This document shows positions 21,245 to 39,339 of a stretch of DNA of 64,000 bases, one piece after another. This stretch comes from the human T2T-CHM13v2.0 reference genome, Homo sapiens. The stretch lies in assembly GCF_009914755.1 (NCBI RefSeq), contig NC_060944.1, one strand, 5' to 3'. Position 1 is the first letter of the stretch. Each line of letters begins with the position of its first letter. The notes beneath the pieces were generated by a model. That model saw nothing but the letters and a program-made list of their open reading frames with translations. It searched no databases and had not been told where the DNA came from. The translations under genes were made by a program, and so were the position numbers.

Positions 21245-21940
21245 TAGAGACAGGGTCTCACTCTTGCCCAGCCTGGAGTGCACTGGTGCAATCATGGCTC
21301 ACTGCAACCTCAATTCCTGGACTCAAGTGGAAAACCGACTGATTTTGTTTTATTGTATTTTATTTTTAGAGACAGGGTTTTACTATGTTGCCCAGGCTGG
21401 TAACAAACTCCTTGGCCTCCTGAAGCACTAAGATTACAGATGTAAGCCACTATGCCAGGCCCTTGTTTTGTTTGTTTTGTTTTGTTTTTGAGACAAGGTC
21501 TTGCTCTGTCACCTAGGCTGGAGTGCCATAGTGCAATCATGGCTCACTACAGCCTCAACCTCCTGGGCTCAAGCGATCCTCCCACCCTGCCTCCAGAGTA
21601 GCTGGGACTACAAGGCGTGCACCACCACACCTAGCTAATTTTCATATTTTTAGTGGAGATGGGGTTTTGCATGTTGCCCAGGCTGGTCTCGAACTCCTGG
21701 GCTCAAGCTGTCCACCCTCCTTGGCCTTGTAAAGTGCTGGTATTACAAGCATGAGCCACCACACCTGGCCCCTTTTTGTTCTTTTTAATAGTACGTCAGC
21801 TTTTTTCCTGGTCATTGAAAATTCCTCAAGGATGTCTTTAATTTACATCTTAAAATGTAGGCTGGACGCAGTGGCCCACACCTGTGATCCCAGCACTTTG
21901 GGAAGCCGAGGTGGGTGGATCATCTGAGGTCAGGAATTCA

Positions 21941-22209
<269 letters not shown>

Positions 22210-23268
22210 TCAATTAAAAAAAATATGTACATGTAGGCCTGGTGCAGTGGCTCACCTGTTATCCCAGTACTTTGGGAGGCTAAGGTGGGAGGATCACTTG
22301 AGCTCAGGAGTTAGAGGCCAGTGTGGGCAACATAGTGAGACCCCATCTCATTCATAGGTAAATAAATAAACCGATTCATCAATAATGTACATCATTTAAA
22401 AAAATTTGTTGCCAGCCTAGGCAACAGAGCAAAACTCCGTCTCAAAAAAAGAAATATTTTTTTCAACCTAAAGTACAAATGAACCATAATCCTCTCCCCA
22501 ATACAGTTTCCTGTGATTCTGTCATGCATAAATCTATACTTATGTTAAATTATATATATTTTTATATGTATCAAATACATGATTCTTACCACGGAGGTAT
22601 TTTTATATCAACACAGTCAAATTACCCCATTCTTTCATTCTTTTTTTTTTTTTGAGACAGAGTCTTTCTCTGTCGCCAGGCTGGAGTGCAGTGGCGTGCG
22701 ATCTCAGCTCAATGCAACCTCCGCCTCCCTAGTTCAAGCGATTCTCCTGCCTCAGCCTCCCGAGTTGCTGGGACTACAGGTGCATGCCACCACACCCAGC
22801 TAATTTTTGTAATTTTAGTAGAGATGGGGTTTCACCATGTTGGCCAGGATGGTCTTGATCTCTTGACCTTGTGATCCGCCTTCCTTAGCCTCCCAAAGTG
22901 CTGGGATTACAGGCATGAGCCATCGTGCCCAGCCTCTTTCATTCTTTTTAACAGCTGCTCATGGTTCTGTTTTACAGTGTACCCTGAGGGTATTTAGGTC
23001 TGTCCAGTGTTGGGGTATCATAGCAGTATTGTCGTGAACACTTCATACACATAATTTGTGCACTTATTTTCTTCAAGTCTATCTGCAGTAGGTCTACCAG
23101 GTCAAATGCATCTCCATTTGTAATTAGATAGTGCCAAATCACCCTCCAAAAAGATTGTGCCATTTTACATTCCCACTGACAGTTACAAGTGTGCTGGCCT
23201 ACCCAGGCGCTCACCTGCATTGGATAACACCAAAATTTTTAGTTTTTTCCAGTCTGTGAGTGAATTAA

Positions 23269-23571
<303 letters not shown>

Positions 23572-24389
23572 TAATTTTTTAACACCTGTTTCCTATTTCA
23601 TAGCTCCCTCATTTTGGATCGGAATTTTTTTTTTTTTTTAGAGATGAGGTCTTGCTCTGTTGCCCAGGCTGGAATGCAGTCACATAATCGTAGCTTACTG
23701 AAGACTTGTTCTCCTGAGCTCAGATGATCCTCCCGTCTCAGCCTCCTAAGTATTTGGGACTATAGACGTATGTCATTACATCCAGCTATAAATCCTCTTT
23801 TTTTGTTGTTTTTTGTTGTTGTTATTGTTTTGTTTTGTTTTTTGAGACGGAGTCTGTCACCCAGGCTGGAGTGCAGTGGCATGATCTTGGCTCACTGCAA
23901 TCTCTGCCTCCCAGGTTCAAGCAATTCTCCTGCCTCAGCCTCCTGAGAAATGCTCTTTTTAATGGTTACAGGGTATCCCCACAAGCAACCAGCCTGGGCA
24001 ACATAGCAAGACCCCATCTCTAGAAAACATTTAAAAATTAGCCAGACATGGTGGTGCAGGCTTATATTCCCAGCTACTCAGGAGATTGAGGCTGAAGGAT
24101 GACTTGAGCACAGGAGTTCAAGGCTATGGTGAGCTATGATCACACCACTGAACTCCAGCCTGGACACGAATGTTACCCTGACAATAAAAGCAGAAAAACA
24201 TCCCTATAAGCAGATACAGCACAGTTGACTTAAAGCATCCCCCTCACTTTAAACAGAAAATGTCATTCTGATTTTTACTCTAAGAAATAAGAGTGCACTA
24301 AATAACATTGGCTATTCACAGATTTTTTTTTTTTCTTTTTTTCTGGACCTCAGGTAAAGAGCTGAATTTAGGCCGGGCGCGGTGGCTCA

Positions 24390-24679
<290 letters not shown>

Positions 24680-25538
24680 TTATCAAATGCCTTGGTTCAT
24701 AGCATACCATCCTTGGTCCATGCCAGGCCCCCCTACTTTTTTTTTTTTCCCACTTCACTCCAATATCCACCTCCATTTCCCACCTTCATTTCTCTCTCTG
24801 CCAGAGGCAGCTGCTTTAATGCATTTGACTTCTGTCCTTAGATGTGTATGTTTCTTATAAAATATGTAGTGTTGGTATATCTGTGTGTATGAGTGGGAAT
24901 TGCATTTCCATAAATAGAACTGTGCATTGATCTCCCTCTGTTTCCTTTTCCGCTCTCTGTACCTTAAGATCTCTCCGTGGCTCTGTGTACATCCAGCCAT
25001 TGCTTCTGCCTTTGCTTTTGGCAGATATTTCTGAAGTCTTGAGAGACCTTCTAACATTTTTAGTATTTAGGATTCTTTCCTTAGACCAGATGCTCCCAAA
25101 AGGAATTTCTGGCAGCAATGGGTGTGAGCATTTTTATTTAAGGCACTGGCTTCCTGTTGCTCAGTCTTTCCTCCTCTCTGGGCAGGTAAGCCTCAGTCTG
25201 CCTCGTGCCAGAAGCACAGAGTATACCCCATGCCTCTAGAGTGTCCCCAGTAAGATTTCTGAAAGGCAGCTGCCTGGACAGCACAGCCACTGGGCTCCTC
25301 CTGGCCTCCCCCCTGACATCTGGCTGGTTGGTTTGCTTAACAGAAAAACAGCCCACCACAGCGGCTCTCCCTCAGCCCTTTTCCTCCCCTCCTCCTGGTT
25401 GGGGCACTGGAGTTTGTAACTGCATTGAACATTTTTAAAACTTCAGGGCTGAGTGTAGTGGCTCACGCCTGTAATCCCAACGCTTTGGGAGGCCGAGGCG
25501 GGCAGATCACCTGAGGTCAGGAGATCAAGACCAGCCTA

Positions 25539-26060
<522 letters not shown>

Positions 26061-26409
26061 TCATCACCAATTGTGTTGTAAAAAAGATGTTCCCCTTGTG
26101 AGGTTTTTTTGTCCTTGTTTTTACAGGCAGGGTCTTACTCTTTCACCCAGGCTGGAGTGCAGTGGTGCGATTGTAGTTCACAATAACTTTAAACTCCCAG
26201 GCTCAGTTAATCTTCCCACCTCAGCCCCCTGGGTAGCTGGGACTACAGGCATGCACCACCACGCCCGCCTAATTTTTTTTTATTTTGTAGAGATGGGGTC
26301 TTGCCATGTTGCCTATGCTTCTTGAACTCCTGGCCTCATGCAATCCTCCCGCCTTGGCCTCCTAAAGTGCTGGGATTACAGGCGCAAGCCACTGCACCCA
26401 GCCCACTTT

Positions 26410-27396
<987 letters not shown>

Positions 27397-28428
27397 TGTA
27401 AAGTAAGTTTTTAAAATAAGTTTTAAATTTGCACAATATAGTAATATTTCACAAAATCATAGTATTTACTTTATCCCACCTTATTTAAAATTGATTCCTT
27501 TGAGGCAACTCAAAAAATTAAATCCAACAGCATAAGAAAAACAGAAGAAATAGAGTTAAAGGAGAAAATTAAAATAAGATAAAACAAGGCTTGGGTGAGG
27601 ACCACACCCATACCCCATGCTCTAAAGCCTGTACTCTTGCTAGAAATGGGCTTAGTTGTGGCTCTGGCTTTTTAGCAGCCAAAACACAAAGGAAAGTGAG
27701 ACCTGGTGCCCAATCCACATGGGTCACAGTGAAACCAACAAGAAGCTCAGAGGTGTGGCCTGAGAGTGATTTGTCCCAAGGGCTCAGACTGAAAGAATGC
27801 AATGTGAGAGGTATGCCACATCTTCATAAATAAAGCACAATCCATATGCCTACAAAGTCTGCTCATAGGTCTTTTTCTTGTAGCACTAACATGGACCACC
27901 AATTTGCCCTTCCATTCAGTCATTCTGCATTTATTGAGAGCCTGCTACATCAGGCCCTGGCTGGGTACTGGGGATACTGAAGTGAGAAAAACAGCTGACC
28001 ATCCCTGTCCTCAAGAAGCATCTTGTTAAGTGGTAGAGACAGACACCAATCACACAGATAGATGTGAAGTTACAGCTGTACAAAGTGCTGTTAAGGCGAG
28101 GTCCATAGCACCAGGAAAGCATGGAAGAACCAGCTCAGGGTGAACCTACACCCAAGGTGAACTGCCCAAGCCCCTTATCCACAACAGCACCTGCATTGAC
28201 CTAGCTCAGCCGAAACTCCAGGAGTCATCCTTCTCCCTGTCCCCCCAAGCCCTTGTATCCAGCCCCTTCACACGTCTTGCAGCTCCAATTCCAGAACGGA
28301 TCTGGAGGCTGGGTGCGGTGGGTCACGCCTGTAATCCCAGCACTTTTGGGAGGCCGAGGCAGTTGGATCACCTGAGGTCAGGAGTTCAAGACCAGCCTGA
28401 CCAACATGGTGAAACCCCATCTCTACTA

Positions 28429-28761
<333 letters not shown>

Positions 28762-30404
28762 TCATGTCAAACCCTGCCATCAGCACTCCAGTACCAGCCT
28801 GTCTCATGCAGGCAAATCTAAAGACTTTCCCATGGCACTGCAGGGTCTGGCTCCCTTTTCCCGCCCAGCCTACTTTCCTGACACTGTCCCCATGCTCCCT
28901 TAGCTCTGGGCTCACAGGCCCTCTGTAGTCCCTGCACACATGAACATTCACCCACCTCAGGACCTTTGCACCTGCTCCCTTCGTTTATGACGCTCCTCCT
29001 ATGTCCTCTCCTCCAGAACCTTCCCTGACCACCTGTCTAAAATAGCAGCTCTGCCCTTTCATTCTCTATCTCCCTGCCCTGGTTTGCTTTTCTTAGTGCC
29101 CATTACCACCTAACAATACATGTAACTGTTTCTTTCGAGATTCTTTCTCCCTCACTGGCCCATGACCTCTAGGAGAGCAGCGACTTTGCCTGATTCCTTG
29201 CTGAATCACTGGTGTCTAGGACAATGCCTTGCACGTAGTAGGCAATCAATCAGTATGGGCTGAATTACTGAGGGGTTATTGTCTCATAGAAACTATGTGA
29301 GCAAAGCTTCCCTGATCTGGGAGCTAAAGAAGGTTGAGTAAGGGTGGCCTCAGTGAAGAGAGAAGAGAGGAGAACATCTCAGGCAGCAGGAGAGCTTGTA
29401 CACAGCTGCCTGTGGGTGGGCATGTAGCACACACATCATACTGCAAAAAGGCCAGTGTGGCTGCAGTGTGTAGAGCAAGAGCATGTGTGAGCCAAGGCTC
29501 AGGAGACTTGTGGTGGCCACCACGAGGGCAAGAGGCCAACAGGTGGATGTGAGCTTTCGGCTTATGAGAGCAGAGGTTAGCTGCGGAGAGGCTTCCAGTA
29601 AGGGAGTGACATGATCTGACAGATGTTCAGCAGATTCCAAAACAGCCCTGCTTGAGAGTGGCCAGGTTCCCTATACCCCACACAACAGCACATTATTCCC
29701 TTATTCCCTCCAGGTTAGAGACCACGATAGTAACAAATTCATCAGGGATGCAGCAAACATGGTGTACCATGGCATAGCCTTTCCAAAGTCTAGAATTAAC
29801 ATGTGACCATTGACTGGAGCATTGTGACAGAATATTTCTCAAGTTTCACCTAACGACGAAAAGACCAAGAAGCAGCTGTCAGGGATGCTGTCATAGCTTC
29901 AGCCATCACTGCAGGAGGAGTCATCACAAAGCAGAATGTGGAGAATGGAGTGGGACAGATGTCTTGTAACTAGCATGCTTGCGGCCTGGGTGGCCACTCT
30001 GTAGGGGATCCCTGGATGATTAAACAGGGAGAAGGAAATGTGGAAGAGCGAGTTCTGAGGTTCCAACAGCTCTCCTGGGGCTCTATACTGAAGACTCCCT
30101 TATCCCTTCAGAACCCCTGTGCAGCACTTTGAGCACAAACATAATTGCCTCCCTCCAGATAATGGAGCCACTAAATGTAAACTTACAAACCCCTTTGCGA
30201 GGTACAGCTGGGGGCTTGAGGTTTCTCACCTTTCCCCCACAGCTGCAGAAACTAGAATGCCACTAGTATTGTCTGAGACTCTTCCTGACTGTCCCCCGAC
30301 TCAAGAAGGGTGAGACCAACCTCCAGAAGAGACGCAGGGACTCTGGTTTCCTCACAGCCACTGGCAACCCTAACTTCCTGTTTCTCTTTGTATTTCTGCC
30401 TCAG

Positions 30405-30487
30405 ATATTCTCCCAGGAGTACATCAACCTCCTGCTGTCCATGTATTTCTTCGTGCTGGGAATCCTGGCCCTGTCCCACACCATCAG
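30405..30487 (+). CDS. HM13: HM13 coding exon 3
   Basis: Acceptor tttctgcctcag|; IFSQEYINLLLSMYFFVLGILALSHTI(S); donor CAG|GTCAGA; 83 nt. Confidence 0.97.
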
Positions 30488-31911
30488 GTCAGAAGGCATC
30501 TCTCTGCAACATTTGAAGCAGCTTTCTCGGGAACCAGTACAGGGTCTTGGATGAGAACATGACTTTTGGCATCATTCAGAGCCAGGTTTGAATCCTGGCT
30601 ATAAAACTCAAGGGACTCTTTCCCCTGCACACTGTAGATGACTAGGACAAGAACAATGACCTCTCTGGGCCACAGTTTCCTTATAGACATGATGAGGATC
30701 TGGTGGGTGTTTCCACCACCACAGCTGTTGGGAAAGTGATTTGTGAGCAGTAATGTCATGTTAGTTGTGACAGTACTCAGGTGAGTAACACCAGTACCAC
30801 CTGCCGGGTGTTGTGGCCTAGCTGTGTGCTAAGTGCCATGTTGGGCTCCTCACACATGATCGTGTTTCGTAAGGAGCCAGAGGCAGCATAGTGAAAAGTT
30901 AGGAGCGTGGGCTCTGGCATTTGACTACCTTACTTTGAGTCCAGACTCTGCCACTTAATAGCTCTGTGATCTTGGGCAAGTTACTTAATCTCTCTGGCCT
31001 CAATTTCCTGGTGAATGTGGAGAAAAATAATAGTGCCCTTCCCATGGGGTCATGTGGAAAGCTTTTAGCACAGTATCTGGTGATTTAAAGTGTTCAGTAA
31101 CTATTAGCTGTTACTGTCATTATCTGTGTTAACCTGCCAGACAACCTTATATGGGTTGCTTTTGCTTTCACACCTGTATGATAGTCATGGAAACTGAAGC
31201 CCAGAGAGGTTAAGAAATTTGCTAGGATCACACCACTAATAAGCAACAGAGCCAGGATTCAAACCCAGGTGTGGCTCCAGAGCCCATCCTCTTCCCACTG
31301 CTACCCTAACTCAAACTGCCACATGCTCGTGTCCTTTCAGTGGGGAGAGTGGTTCATTAGAGGGGGTTGCTACTTTTATTTTGGACAGGCCAGTTCTCCA
31401 TTCTGCAGGACTATCCCATGTATTACAAACAGTTGGCAACCTTGCCCTGCTCACCAAATGGGAGTTGCATACCAGTATTCCCCAGCTTGTGACTACAGAG
31501 ATGTCCCAGTATGTTTCTTTCTGCCCCATTGAAGAGGTGCAGCCTCAGGCTGAGAAACACTGATAGACCAAGAGGTGGCCAGGGTTCCCAGAAGGAAGGA
31601 ACTCACCTTGAACTTAGCTTTCTTTGAAGGGTAGGAAACCTGGAAGACGTACAAAGGAGGGAGAGGTCAGGTGCTAGAAAGTTTGTGCACATTGAGGGCA
31701 TGGGCAGAATCTGCTCCCAAAAGCATTGAAAGCCAATATGAGGCCAGGTGGTGGCTCATGCCTGTAATCCCAGCACTTTGGGAGGCCAAGGCAGGCGGAT
31801 CACAAGGTCAGGAGATTGAGACCATCCTGGCCAACATGGTGAAACCCCGTCTCTACTAAAAATACAAAAAAATTAGCTGGGCATGGTGGTGCATGCCTGT
31901 AGTCCCAGCTA

Positions 31912-32052
<141 letters not shown>

Positions 32053-32810
32053 TCATTCTTCTAGGCACACTGGCAGGACAGTGTGGTAGTCAGGAGCACA
32101 GGGTCAAGAGGCAGGCAGCCTTGGGACAAACACCTGGTGCTGCCAGCTCTAATATGTGTAAATTACTCAAGCTCTGAGCATAGTTCTTCTACCTATAAAA
32201 TGGAGAGACTACAGGTACCTCCTCAGAGGTGTGGGGAGGGTCTAGTGAGCCCCAGGCTGTAACATCCCTAGAGCACAGTGCCAAGCACACAGTGAGCCTA
32301 GTGGCTGGCCCAGGGTTACACAGCTGAGACTTCACCTCTGGTCTTCCCACTGAGGTCATTGTTGTCCTCACCTGCACTGACTCTTCACCCACAAAATTCT
32401 ATTCTAGCTAGCTTGGGAGAATTCTAGTCCAGCCCCGCATCCTGAAAAATGGAGGCCCAGGGAACCTGAGTGACTTGGACCCAACCAAGATAATGGCAGG
32501 CCCAGTCGCCCTTGCTCACAGGACAAACCAGTCCTTTCGTGGTGGACCTGGGGTGGGGTGGGGGCAGTCACTTGCAGACATTGGGTGTCCTCCTTTCCCA
32601 TGCTGATTAGGATCCTCCCCAACTGTAGCCCATCCTACCCCAGCATCTGTGAGACGCTTGAGACCCCCAAGTCTCCCCACAGCCCAGCCTCCACCTCAGA
32701 GAGCCCAGTGGGTTTTGAAAGCCACTGTTAGGCTGTGTGCTGAGGAACTGATTATTTAATGTTATAGCAACAACCCTACAATGAAGATCTTATCTCTACC
32801 CAGCTGCCTA

Positions 32811-33333
<523 letters not shown>

Positions 33334-35495
33334 CTAGAAACTAACAGAAGAATAATTTTCTTAATGAAATTTAGAGCAACAAAATTTGACCTGGGAAAAC
33401 CATACCTTTTAAAAATAATGGATCACCTGGGCATGGTGGTTCACACCTGTCATCCCAGCACTTTGGGAACCCTAGGCTGTTGGATCACCTGAGCTCAGGA
33501 GTTCAAGACCAGCCTGGGCAACATGTTGAGACCCTGTCTCCACAAAAAATACAAAAATTAGCCGGGTATGGTGGTGCGTGCCTGTGGTCCCAACTGCTCG
33601 GTAGGCTGAGGTGGGATGATCGCGTGAACCTGGGAGGCAGAGAGGTTGCAGTGAGCTGTGATCATGCCACTGCACTCCAGCCTGGGTAACAGAGTAAGAC
33701 CCCATCTGAAAAATATAAAAAAAAAAAAAAAGAATAATGGATGGCCATAGGCAGAAGGTATGCTTACCATATGGGGTTAAAGCTGGTCCACTAAAAAATT
33801 TGATGGGGACCAAAAACTGTCAGATGAAGGAAATCATTATTGTAAAATTAACATGAAAAAGAACTGAATCCAGTGAAAATAATTTTAGTAAGTAGGGGAT
33901 GATTTGATCATGCTTTTTAGAAAGTTGGTCTACCAATTAAATGGATGTTTCAATTAAATCGAGTTTTCTTAAATATTTTCTCAAGGAAAGTCTACAGTGT
34001 TGTTAGAATTTTGATCAGCTGCCTGTATCCACAAACTTAGACCTTCCTCAGGATCCAAACAACAGATCCAAAGGTTTAAGACAGGGAAATTGGGCTCAGA
34101 GGGGTTATGTAACCACCAGGATTCACAGCTGGTAAGGGCAAAGTGAGGTTTTGAGCTCAGGTCTGTCTGACTCCAAAACCCCTATTCTTTACAGTTTTGG
34201 CAAAAGTGAAGTGGGGGGAGCTTAAAGAGGGTGGGCTGGCCACCTCCTGCCATTGAGCCTGTGGTCTCCCAAGGACTGGCAGAGGAGAGGCCTGCTGAAA
34301 GGCTGCAGAGAGCTGCACCCGAGCTGTGACAGCACAGGCTGAGGTTCTCAGGATTCCCTCCACCTCCACCACCACTTCCTAGCCCACATTAAGCCTCTTT
34401 GGAACAAACCCCAGCCTGGGGGATTGGAGGAAGGCAGGGGCCGCAGCCTGCCTTACCTTGTGTAGTCACCAAGATTCAAACCCAAGACATCCTTCCTGCA
34501 AAGGGAACCTCGGCTTACTTCATCATCTGTGTCTGAGCTCGTGCCCCACCCAGCTGACCTTAGAGGGAAAAAATGCCCAGAAGGACCAGATCTGCCACCC
34601 CAGAGGAGGAAGCCACATCACCAGTTTCACTGACCCTGCCTTCCACCCCCAGGGGAGAAGGGCACCAGGATGTGGCTTGTCAGTGGGAAGCAATGACCTT
34701 TACGTTTGACATGAGCCATCAAGGGCCAGGAAGAATCTCTGCCTGCTACAAAAGTCTGCATTCAGAGTCATTCAGCAAGCATTTTAGCAGATGTCTAGCA
34801 GGCACCAGGTATCTTCACCCCAGGGTAGGGTGAAGATGATGAGACGGGGCCTCTATTCTCAAGTCCACAGGCTCGCGCTAGCCAGGTTGCTTGACTCCTC
34901 CCCTGTGTAGTGCTAAGCAGCCTCTCTTTTCTTGGAATAACAAAGATATCAATCTAGAGACTTGCTACTTGAAGTTGAAGCTGCAGTTAAGTTTATAGGG
35001 TGCCAAGTGCTCATTTAATCCTCTCAATAGCCCTACAAGAAAGGTGTTGTAGCATTCCAGATGAGGAACAGTTGCACAGAGCAGTTAAGTAAGTTTCCCA
35101 AGATCAGACCACTAATAAGTGGCAGAGTTAGGATTTGAGCCCAGGAAGTCTGGCTCCGGAGTCCATGTCTTTAACTGTCACACTCTGCTGGTTGAGAAGC
35201 TGAGCACCAAGCTCCTAAGGAAGAGGCCGGCTAAGATGGGCAGAGTTCTTATCCATACCTGCACTCACACCCTGGCTTCAGACTCCCCCAAAACTGATTC
35301 AGCAAACTAATCTGAAAGTAGCTTCCTGTCACCCACCCAGCTTCTGCCTCCCACCGCCTCAGAACCCTGCTGTGGGAGCCCATTTCCGATTCTGGCCTTG
35401 CACCTGCTGCGCTTCTCTTCACAAAGCCCTCCCATCATTCATACCACAGCCCTACAGGCTAGGAGGGATCGGCTCTTTGACAAGTGGAGAAATAG

Positions 35496-35750
<255 letters not shown>

Positions 35751-35968
35751 TGATCCGCCACCTCAGCCTCCCAAATGTTGGGATTACAGGCGTGAGCCAC
35801 TGCACCTGGCCAGAGAGGGTTCTTGAATCTACATCTTGCTCCATGCCACCAGGGTCTTTAAAGAGAGTTCCCTTGGCCGGGCGCGGTGGCTTACGCCTGT
35901 AATCCCAGCATTTTGGGAGGCCGAGGTGGGCGAATCACGAGGTCAGGAGATCGAGACCATCCTGGCTA

Positions 35969-36401
<433 letters not shown>

Positions 36402-37171
36402 TCAGTGCTGGGCCACCCAGGCATGTAGCCACTCCACAGTACTGCCACCAGGCTGGGTCAAGAGGCCTTGGTTTGCTAATCTTGCTCTGAAAAAAGTCCA
36501 GAAAAGGTCTCTGCTTCCTTCCTGGCTGGGAGGTGGGGCATGCTGGGTAATCAGAGAGAATGCTTCTAGAGACGAGGCCAAGCTGGTCTTAAACAACTGA
36601 GGCCTTGTGGAAGGAGTGAATGTGATGGTGATCCTGCCCAGGGGCTATGATTCATCTGGCTGATTGATTCCAGCTGAGTCTGTAAAAATCTCAGTCCTGC
36701 TGTTGGAAAGCAGAATGTCAAGTCATGGAGTGGGGTGGGGGTGACTGTCAGGTCATCTAACTTGATAGGTTTGGAAGGGAGTCCACAAATATGCTTCTTG
36801 ACAAGGGACTCATATAGGTGGCATGTGGGCCAGACTTTGGGATCCTCTGCTCTCCCAAAAATGGTATTTTGCCTTCAGTCTATCTGCTTCTGCTTTGCAT
36901 TTCTTTGATGTTAACAAAAAGGCAGTAGAGAAATCACTATGAGTGCAAAAACCTAGGTTTGAGTCTTAGCTGAGATATAGGACCCCTGTGTGACTCTGGG
37001 CAAATCACTTACCTTTTGAGGGCCTCTGTTTTCACATCTGTAGAGTGGGAACAGTAACACCTACCTATCAGGACAGCTGTAAGGGTGCCAGCTGTAAATG
37101 GGGCAGGGGTGTGTTAAGGCTGACTGCCCATGGGGGCTCTGTTTGCCGACTTGCTTTGTCTTTCCTTCCAG

Positions 37172-37260
37172 CCCCTTCATGAATAAGTTTTTTCCAGCCA
37201 GCTTTCCAAATCGACAGTACCAGCTGCTCTTCACACAGGGTTCTGGGGAAAACAAGGAAG
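37172..37260 (+). CDS. HM13: HM13 coding exon 4
   Basis: Acceptor tttccttccag|; PFMNKFFPASFPNRQYQLLFTQGSGENKE(E); donor AAG|GTCAGT; 89 nt, ends in phase 1. Confidence 0.97.
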
Positions 37261-38054
37261 GTCAGTGCTAACCACTTTCCCCTGTAGTGTGCCTTGGGTG
37301 TCTTCCTCCACCATTCCCTTTGTCTCTCCAATATTGGGGTTCTCCAATAGAGCAACTGATGAAGTGGGCTCTGGAATTCCATGGCCTGGATTCACATTCC
37401 AACTCTGCTATTGTCTAGACATGGGACCCTGGGTGAACGCCTTACCTCTCTGAGCATTGGGTGTTTTTGTTTTTGTTTTTTTTCCCATCTGTAAAATGAA
37501 AGTGTTAATCTAGTACCTCCTTCACAGTCATGTTGTTAAGATGGCGAGTCAATAAGTGGAAAGCATTCAGCATGGTGCCTGGCTCATAGTAAGCACTCAA
37601 AGTCGGCCTTCATGATTATTTTATTCGTATATATTTTTAGTGTGATCACTGCCTCACCTAAGGTTTGAAAAGGGGGTTCCACAGCTCTTTTTTCAAAAAT
37701 AAAAACTGGCCAGAAACAGTGTCTCATGCCTGTAATCACAGCAATTTGGGAGGCCAAGACAGGATGATCACTTGAGGCCAGGAATTTGAGACCAGCCTAG
37801 GCAACATAGTGAGACCTCATCTCTACAAAAAAATTGTAAAAAAATGCAAACTATGGGGAAGTGTGGAGATCCTGGGATTTGTAGGTTAGTTAGGGTATGG
37901 ATTCAAATGCTGTAACAAGATTATCAATGCTTGACCAAACAGCAGGTATTTCTTTGTTTTTTGTTTTTTGAGACAGAGTCTTGTTCTGTCACCCAGGGTG
38001 GAGTGCAGTGGTGCGATCTCAGCTCACTGAAACCTCAGCCAACTGAGTAATTGA

Positions 38055-38498
<444 letters not shown>

Positions 38499-39339
38499 TG
38501 ACCTCTTGATTCGCCTCCCAAAGTGCTAGGATTACAGGCGTGAGCCACCGCGCCCGGCCGTAGCACTCTCTCTTACTGGTGCCTAGCACATGCTGCCTTG
38601 TCCCTAATCGGCAGCAATTTTATGTGATTGCTTTGTGCATCTCTAAGGAACCTCTGTTAAACAATTGTTGATTTTTTTTTTTTAAAGACTGAGCTTGGGC
38701 CAGGTGAGATGGCTCACGCCTCCCAGCACTTTGGGAGGCTGAGGCAGGCGGATGACTTGAGATCAGGAGTTCCAGACCAGCCTGGCCATCACGGCGAAAC
38801 CCCGTCTCTACTAAAAACACAAAAAAAATTAGCCAGGCATGGTGGCGTGTACCTGTAATCCTAGCTACTCGGGAGGCTGAGGCAGGAGAATCGCTTTAAC
38901 CTGGGAAGGCGGAGGTTGCAGTGAGCCGAAATCGCGCCACTGCACTCCAGCCAGGGCGACAGAGTGAGACCCTGTCTCAAAAAAAAAAAAAAAAGACTAA
39001 GCTTGGCCAGGCGCGGTGGCTCATGCCTGTAATCCCAACACTTTGGGAGGCTGATGCAGGAGGGTCACTTGAGCCCTGGAGTTCGAGGCTGCAGTAAGCC
39101 ACGGTCAGTGCACTCCAGCCTGGGCGACAGAGCAAGACCCCGTCTAAAAAAATAAATAAATAAAACAGTAAAAAGGCTAGGCTTATACCACAGTCTTCAA
39201 GGTCCCAGGCCCTCTCTATCTCATGCTCCGCCATATACAGCACTGGCCCTCGGGTCAGGATAGTGTCATCACTCCACTGTCCAGCCAGAAGGAAGGAGAG
39301 GCATCCATATTCCCTGTCCATTTAGCTATAAGAGAAGCT

